Shown here: positions 61,846-64,000 of the stretch, in pieces
How the letters are laid out: each line of letters opens with the position of its first letter
Numbering within the stretch: the first letter of the stretch is position 1
Source of the DNA: Candidatus Aminicenantes bacterium
GTDB taxonomy: Bacteria; Acidobacteriota; Aminicenantia; UBA2199
Reading direction: 5' to 3'
Assembly (NCBI GenBank): GCA_963827565.1
Contig: CAWHBG010000001.1
Span: forward strand, 448,682 to 512,681
DNA length: 64,000 bases
Made by a program: the position numbers and the translations under genes
Notes under the pieces: generated by a model
Databases searched by the model: none
The model's input: the letters and a program-made list of their open reading frames with translations, nothing else
What the model was told of the DNA's origin: nothing

Positions 61846-64000
61846 CTATGATTTTTGTTCTGATTGCAGTTTGTTAAATACTGTTTGCAGAATCCCGCCG
61901 TTCAGGAAATATTCGTATTCAACCACAGTATCGATTCTTGATCTGACATAAAAGCTGAGATTGATACCTCCTCCCGGATCTACTACATCGATTGTAATTT
62001 TAGCTCCGGGATCTTTAATATTTGAAAGAGATATATTAAAGGTTTCGGTTCCGCTAATATTTAAAGAATTCCTGTCCTGCCCCGGAAGGAACTCAAGGGG
62101 TAGTACTCCCATACCGATCAGGTTACTTCTGTGGATCCTTTCAAAGCTTTCCGCAATAACTGCCTTGATCCCGAGCATGAATGTACCCTTAGCAGCCCAA
62201 TCTCTACTTGATCCCATCCCATAACCTTTTCCGGCAATTACTAACAGGGGGATATTATCCTTGGAATACCTGCATGATGCATCCCATATATACATTTCTT
62301 CATTTTCCGGCAGGTAAGTGGTCCATCCGCCGCTGGTCCCCGGAGCCATTTCATTTCTCAGTCTTATGTTTGCAAACGTTCCCCGAACCATCACTTCCGG
62401 GTTCCCTCGCCTTGCTCCAAAAGAGTTAAAATCATTCCGAATTACACTTTTTCCGGAAAGATATTCAGCTGCAGGGCCTTCAGGGATGAAACCGGCAGGT
62501 GAAATATGATCGGTTGTTATAAAATCACCTGCTTTAACCAGAACTCTTGCTCCGATGATATCACTGATTTTTTCCGGTGGTGTTTTAATATTTTCAAGAA
62601 AATACGGGATTCGGATATATGTTGATTCTGCATCCCACTTGTAAACCTTTTCTCCTCCGGAATCAATTTTATTCCATTCCTCATTAACAGAATTAAGGTG
62701 ACTATATGCTATGTTGAATTGTTCCGGATCGACAGTGTTTCCCGATGTCATACTCACATCTTCTCTTGAAGGCCAGATATCTTTCAGAAAGATTTTTTTA
62801 TTGTCTTTTCCTGTCCCGATCGGTTCATTTAAAAGGTCGATATCTATTCTGCCGGTAATTGCAAATACAATAACCAGAGGTGGTGATGCCAGAAAATTCG
62901 CTTTTGTTTCGGGATTGATCCGCCCTTCAAAATTTCTGTTTCCTGAAAGAACTGAAGCCACAACAAGATCATTCGATTTGATCATTTTAGAAGTCTTTTC
63001 AGGGATCGGGCCTGAATTTCCGATACAGGTGGTGCAGCCATACCCGACAATGTGGAAACCCAGCTGTTCAAAATAAGATAAAAGGCCACAGCTCTTTAAA
63101 TATATTTCAACAGCCCTGCTTCCGGGAGCAAATGAAGTTTTTACCCATGGTTTTATGTTCAGTCCCATTTCTACTGCATTCTTTGCCAATAACCCTGCTG
63201 TAATTAAAAGTTCAGGGTTTGAAGTGTTGGTGCAACTGGTTATGGCTGCAATGACGACCGATCCGTCTGACAGTATATCTTCCAGGATTGTATCTTTACC
63301 GGATCTATTAAAAGTTGAGGAAAGTTCCTGTTCCCAAATTGATTTCAAATCTGACAAGGGGATTCTATCCTGAGGTCTGAGCGGGCCCGCAACACTAGGT
63401 TCAACCGTACTGAGATCAAGATGAATTATATCAGAGAATTCAGGATGATTTTGTTCTGATCTCCACAATTCCTGCTCGATGGAATAAGATCTTACGATAT
63501 CTATCTGATGTGAATCCCTTCCGGTTACTTCTAAATAAGAGATCAACTGATCATCAACCGGGAAAAATCCGATAGTTGCTCCGTATTCAGGTGCCATGTT
63601 TGATATTACTGCCCGATCAGGAAGGGTGAGGTTGTCGAGCCCATCTCCGAAAAACTCAACAAATTTACCGACAACACCTTTTTTTCTCAGAATCTGGGTA
63701 ATTGTAAGGACAATATCGGTTGCCGTCACTCCTCCTGGAGATTCCCCGGTCAATTTGAAGCCAACAACCGGAGGAGGGAGTATATATACAGGCTGATTCA
63801 ACATGACTGCTTCCGCTTCAATCCCCCCGACACCCCATCCGACAATTCCCATTGCATTGATCATAGTTGTGTGGCTGTCTGTTCCGACCAGTGTGTCAGG
63901 GAATAGCAGACCATCTCTGGATGTAATACACTTTGCAATATATTCCAGGTTGATTTGGTGAACGATCCCGGATCCCGGTGGAAATATCCTGAGGTTTGAA
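61846..64000 (-). CDS. acnA: aconitate hydratase (C-terminal ~715 aa; gene continues past the right edge)
   Basis: The frame stays open upstream of the track start (…DTLVGTDSHTTMINAMGIVGWGVGGIEAEA). Motifs: ITSCTNTSNP, GCTTCIGNSGP, GNRNFEGR, and GMGSSRDWAAKGT...AESFERIHRSNL. Confidence 0.9.
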   Translation of the reverse strand, partial: SNLRIFPPGSGIVHQINLEYIAKCITSRDGLLFPDTLVGTDSHTTMINAMGIVGWGVGGIEAEAVMLNQPVYILPPPVVGFKLTGESPGGVTATDIVLTITQILRKKGVVGKFVEFFGDGLDNLTLPDRAVISNMAPEYGATIGFFPVDDQLISYLEVTGRDSHQIDIVRSYSIEQELWRSEQNHPEFSDIIHLDLSTVEPSVAGPLRPQDRIPLSDLKSIWEQELSSTFNRSGKDTILEDILSDGSVVIAAITSCTNTSNPELLITAGLLAKNAVEMGLNIKPWVKTSFAPGSRAVEIYLKSCGLLSYFEQLGFHIVGYGCTTCIGNSGPIPEKTSKMIKSNDLVVASVLSGNRNFEGRINPETKANFLASPPLVIVFAITGRIDIDLLNEPIGTGKDNKKIFLKDIWPSREDVSMTSGNTVDPEQFNIAYSHLNSVNEEWNKIDSGGEKVYKWDAESTYIRIPYFLENIKTPPEKISDIIGARVLVKAGDFITTDHISPAGFIPEGPAAEYLSGKSVIRNDFNSFGARRGNPEVMVRGTFANIRLRNEMAPGTSGGWTTYLPENEEMYIWDASCRYSKDNIPLLVIAGKGYGMGSSRDWAAKGTFMLGIKAVIAESFERIHRSNLIGMGVLPLEFLPGQDRNSLNISGTETFNISLSNIKDPGAKITIDVVDPGGGINLSFYVRSRIDTVVEYEYFLNGGILQTVFNKLQSEQKS

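Overview
A 64-kb window from an AT-rich diderm bacterium that looks like an uncultivated lineage. It has OmpA, Lgt, beta-barrel OMPs, sigma-54 and System II cytochrome c maturation. I support about 65 protein genes and one tRNA-Ala(GGC). I found no rRNA, CRISPR array, transposase, integrase, phage gene or recognisable defence gene. All calls rest on reading the six-frame translations and the DNA by eye; no searches were run.

Main content:
- (1) Left edge: a cytochrome / beta-barrel / cytochrome trio with the layout of a porin-cytochrome conduit.
- (2) 36.5-49.9 kb: a dense respiratory 'heme island'. It holds a tetraheme + Tat-FeS + NrfD-like quinol module, ccsB/ccsA, a c554-like tetraheme, a NapC/NirT-anchored cytochrome with 17 CXXCH + 1 CX4CH sites, and a 19-CXXCH cytochrome c fused to a b-type cytochrome. 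I count at least 52 CXXCH motifs in the window.
- (3) An SOS regulon fragment: a short DnaE2/ImuC-like polymerase and a lexA-dinB operon. Both sit behind near-identical promoter-operator cassettes carrying a GAAC-N7-GAAC direct repeat.
- (4) An ORF-less, strongly GC-rich, hairpin-dense 370-bp element just upstream of lexA; a candidate structured RNA of unknown class.
- (5) Two tandem paralogous membrane Ser/Thr kinases plus a PP2C phosphatase.
- (6) A lipid head-group cluster with two CDP-alcohol phosphatidyltransferases and a TagD-like cytidylyltransferase.
- (7) A sigma-54 promoter divergent from an NtrC-type activator.
- (8) Housekeeping genes: ilvE, lgt, pcm, aspartase/fumarase, aconitase, rnhA.

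Caveat: at least 12 genes are broken by single-base frameshifts. These cluster in blocks (13.6-16.9 kb and 49.2-53.5 kb) and also hit 26.2-26.6, 30.4 and 32.7-33.4 kb, while neighbouring 2-3 kb ORFs are intact. This could be unpolished assembly patches or real gene decay; the sequence alone cannot tell which.
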